Positions 52,501 through 55,371 of a DNA stretch of 55,371 nt are shown here, one piece after another; within the stretch, counting starts at the first letter, position 1, and the number at the start of each line of letters is the position of its first letter. The notes beneath the pieces were generated by a model. That model was not told where the DNA came from. It saw nothing but the letters and a program-made list of their open reading frames with translations, and ran no database searches. The DNA comes from Phoronis australis (lineage: Eukaryota; Animalia; Phoronida), in the NCBI GenBank assembly GCA_002633005.1, contig NMRA01000388.1, positions 374,128 through 429,498 on the forward strand, given 5' to 3'. The translations under genes and the position numbers were made by a program.

Positions 52501-53854
52501 GGTTTTCTCTGACATTTGCAGAGTTACAGTCTGCAACTCTGGAGAGTAGTTTTAACTCGGTACATTATAAATATTACAAAATGACTAAAAAGGTTAACTT
52601 GTGTTTATCTTCACAAAGGGCCACTTCCCAAAGGAACGATATGTTTCATATTGGTTTTTGTTATTTAATTTTTAATGCTTCTGCCCACTGGTTAGTTCAT
52701 TGTGAGCTCATCCCTGAACTTTCCACATTACAGATACGCTAAACATTTCACGTGTCATTAAAGTTTAATCTTCCAGGCCCATAGCCAGCTGTTCGTGGCT
52801 CCATGTTCCCTGGACGGGTCCGATGTTCCAGGCCCGCAGCCAGTTATTCGCGATTGTTATATTCTTCTCTTCGTACACTGCTTCCCACTAGCGACAATTT
52901 TCACTCCCCGGGTCATCAGTCGACCACGTCATAGATTTTTCAGACTAGAATCTATGGGAAAATTTTGTTCTGGCTCAATTGAAGCTAGCAAACGTAGACA
53001 AAATTATTCCGAGCGGCTAAGCAGTCACGCCTAGTCGGAGTTTGCCGCAAGAAATCGTATTATAATAACATGTCTAACTATTGCAGTCATTCAATTTCTT
53101 ATTACCGCAAACATCTACGCATAGTACGCGTCTACAACCTTGGCAAGTGACTACTGCTCTACTAAGCGACCCCTTTACGTTTTGACATTGGTGATATCTG
53201 GTAACGCCAGTTTGACCGACAGTGTGCGAAAAACAAAATTTTTCATGCATTTTTTTATTCAAGATGACACACAAACATCCATTATAACGTATTGTCAACC
53301 TGTGAATTCCGAAATCGAGAGGCACTGAGCAGATAACTCTCTGAGGCACACTGTTGTCTCCAAACAACCTCGGTCACCCAGTAATAAAACGTTTTCCAGA
53401 AAACCAGGAAATCTGGGGAATTTCATCAAAATAGGGGGAATTTGACACCTAAGCGTGAAGTACGAGAATTCTTAAAAATCCGAGAGCTTCCCACCCAATT
53501 CAATTTGAGAGGGTTGGCAAAACCAGCATCACATTTCTCTGGCTTGATTTTTTCGAATACATGTTTTATCTTGTCCACTGCAGTAGGAAAAGTGCGGCAA
53601 ATAAGACATCGAAGAAAGTGGAGGAACTGAAGCTGGCCTGGTTCTTAAAGTTTGCGAACATGGGAAGAAAATAAAGTGACAAAGAGTCCAAGTATTATAT
53701 TTTGAAGAAAATCCATCGCTTGGGAAACTAATTTTTTTACTCTTAACATAATTCACATTGCCAAATCATCGTTTCGGAGACCGTCGTTGCACTCACTCAT
53801 CCTTATCATCAATTTTCATCTCTAATAATTCGAACACTTGATTTTTTCTGGTCC

Positions 53855-54960
53855 TTTTTGTTTTATTTTTTATTTATTTTTCTTTTTTTCTTTCTCTAAT
53901 TGTCTGTTTTTTAACATTATTTTGCGATAATAATAAAAACACAGCACAAAGACATAAATCCCCAATGACACATCACAAGCACATACATTTCATTGAAAAC
54001 TCAATTTCACAAACCAAAAAACCAAACGTATTATTCTCATCTGTATTACTTTTTAAAGAGTCAAAAAACAGACCATCTTCGGAAAAAAGGTCTCCTAATC
54101 AATGTGAAATGAATTTCTATTTCTTTTTTGAAAAGTGTTATAGATGGAGGTTTTACTTCCAGTTTTCTACAATATATAATGCTTTTTGGCCAAAATAGTA
54201 AGATTCAACAGTTCACTCGCTTTTCCAGTTTTACCAAATTTAATAGTTTGAAAATCTGTCGATATAGCGTTTTTTTGCGTTGATATAATATTCAGCTAGT
54301 CTTTTCCAAAAAGGCTTAACAAAAGTGCAACCCCAAAATAAATGTTCTAAACTTTCAGGTTCATTCGTACAAAAGAAACATCGGTCAGTTGGAGAAATAC
54401 CAATTCGAATTAAAATGCGATTTGTTGCTAAAATTATGTCTACAATTCCCATTTGAAACCAAATGAGTCTAAAATTTGAAGTACAAAAAAATAGAAGTTT
54501 CATTCCTTACTTGATCTTGAAAAGCTTAAAGTATTTCCGTTGGTGCTTGAAACAAAGTTGTCAGAAAAATATCATAAATATCACGTACCCTTCGATTTTT
54601 CCCAAAAAGTTGCCAAAAAGTTGTGGGATAACTAGTTGAGACACTTTTGCACTTGATAACGATATACTTTTGAAAGTTAATTTCAAGCAATTTTCAGTTC
54701 GCAATAGAGTATGGAACCAAACTCAAATGTTGAAACAAACACATCCTTCCAAAAAGGATTCGCTGTGGATTGGGTTAACATTTTAAAAAAGAAGTTTCCT
54801 CCATTGAACATCTTTTTAGAGTCAAATTGGACATGAATTTCGCAAAATATCTATCCAGGACGAGTTATTTTGTCCATATATAATTTTTTTAACCATATCA
54901 TTACTTCAAGAGCTTCAATAACGGAAACTAAATGAAAACACTTGACTTTCCTATCTAAAA
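53855..54960 (-). mobile_element. 3' part of an L1/Tx1-clade LINE (zf-RVT) with A-rich tail
   Basis: ORF 54240-54503 reads WFQMGIVDIILATNRILIRIGISPTDRCFFCTNEPESLEHLFWGCTFVKPFW (CxxC..HLFWxC). Decayed frames lie upstream, and a T-rich tract (the A-rich tail) is at ~53855-53895. Confidence 0.85.
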
Positions 54961-55371
54961 GTTCGTACGGTTAATTTTGTCCCTATTAATTGGTATACGA
55001 AGCTCTCAAGGGAGAAACAGTTCCTACAATAGCGCAAGAACTGTTAGAGAAAACACCATACGTAAGGTTTCATTGAAACCCATCAATCGGTTCTCTGGAT
55101 GCCATCCAGAAACACTGTTCCCATACAACACTTGAAAAGCTCCTTGTCACAATGTTGCAGTGGACAAAAACAACCCGAATCCGGTGCATTGTCTGCGTCA
55201 ATTGTTTTTTTTAGATATCTTCTAGAATTGCTCTTTTGACAAACAACACATCATGTGAAACCCCTTGATAACAAAATGACCACTAGAAGGTGCTGCAGGA
55301 TTCAAATCCCCCGCAAAAATTAATGGTGGTGGCGTATTGACATCTGGTATCACACCACTGTGCCAAGTTTC

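Noticed and set aside
52895-52925. CTGATGA..GAAA on the minus strand (and CTGATGAG at ~16660) as hammerhead ribozyme cores
   Set aside because: Stem II does not pair at the first site, and the second has no GAAA.

Overview
Eukaryotic, AT-rich, intron-containing animal DNA. The gene set and repeat families suggest a marine invertebrate bilaterian, possibly a deuterostome; this is inference only. Two conserved spliced genes were reconstructed exon by exon and lie tail-to-tail: HTATIP2/TIP30 (+, 5 coding exons, 241 aa) and RPL32 (-, 3 coding exons, 134 aa). Two single-exon ORFs are less ordinary. The standout is a 675-aa protein at 3744-5771 with a TTC22/IFIT-like TPR region, a TIR domain and three C-terminal hydrophobic helices, a candidate one-component immune sensor-effector. 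The other is an orphan, probably disordered ~349-aa protein with a PP1 RVxF motif (43934-44983). The rest is dense transposon debris: a decayed hAT element with TIRs, a Kolobok-like TTAA element with a THAP relic, several LINE fragments, MITEs and Helentron/HINE-like elements. One HINE-like element carries co-oriented CTCF-like motifs about every 147 bp. A 9-bp-TSD inverted-repeat element appears to enclose the best candidate RPL32 promoter. There is an assembly gap at 25350-26113. Family assignments come from motif recognition by eye, not from database searches.
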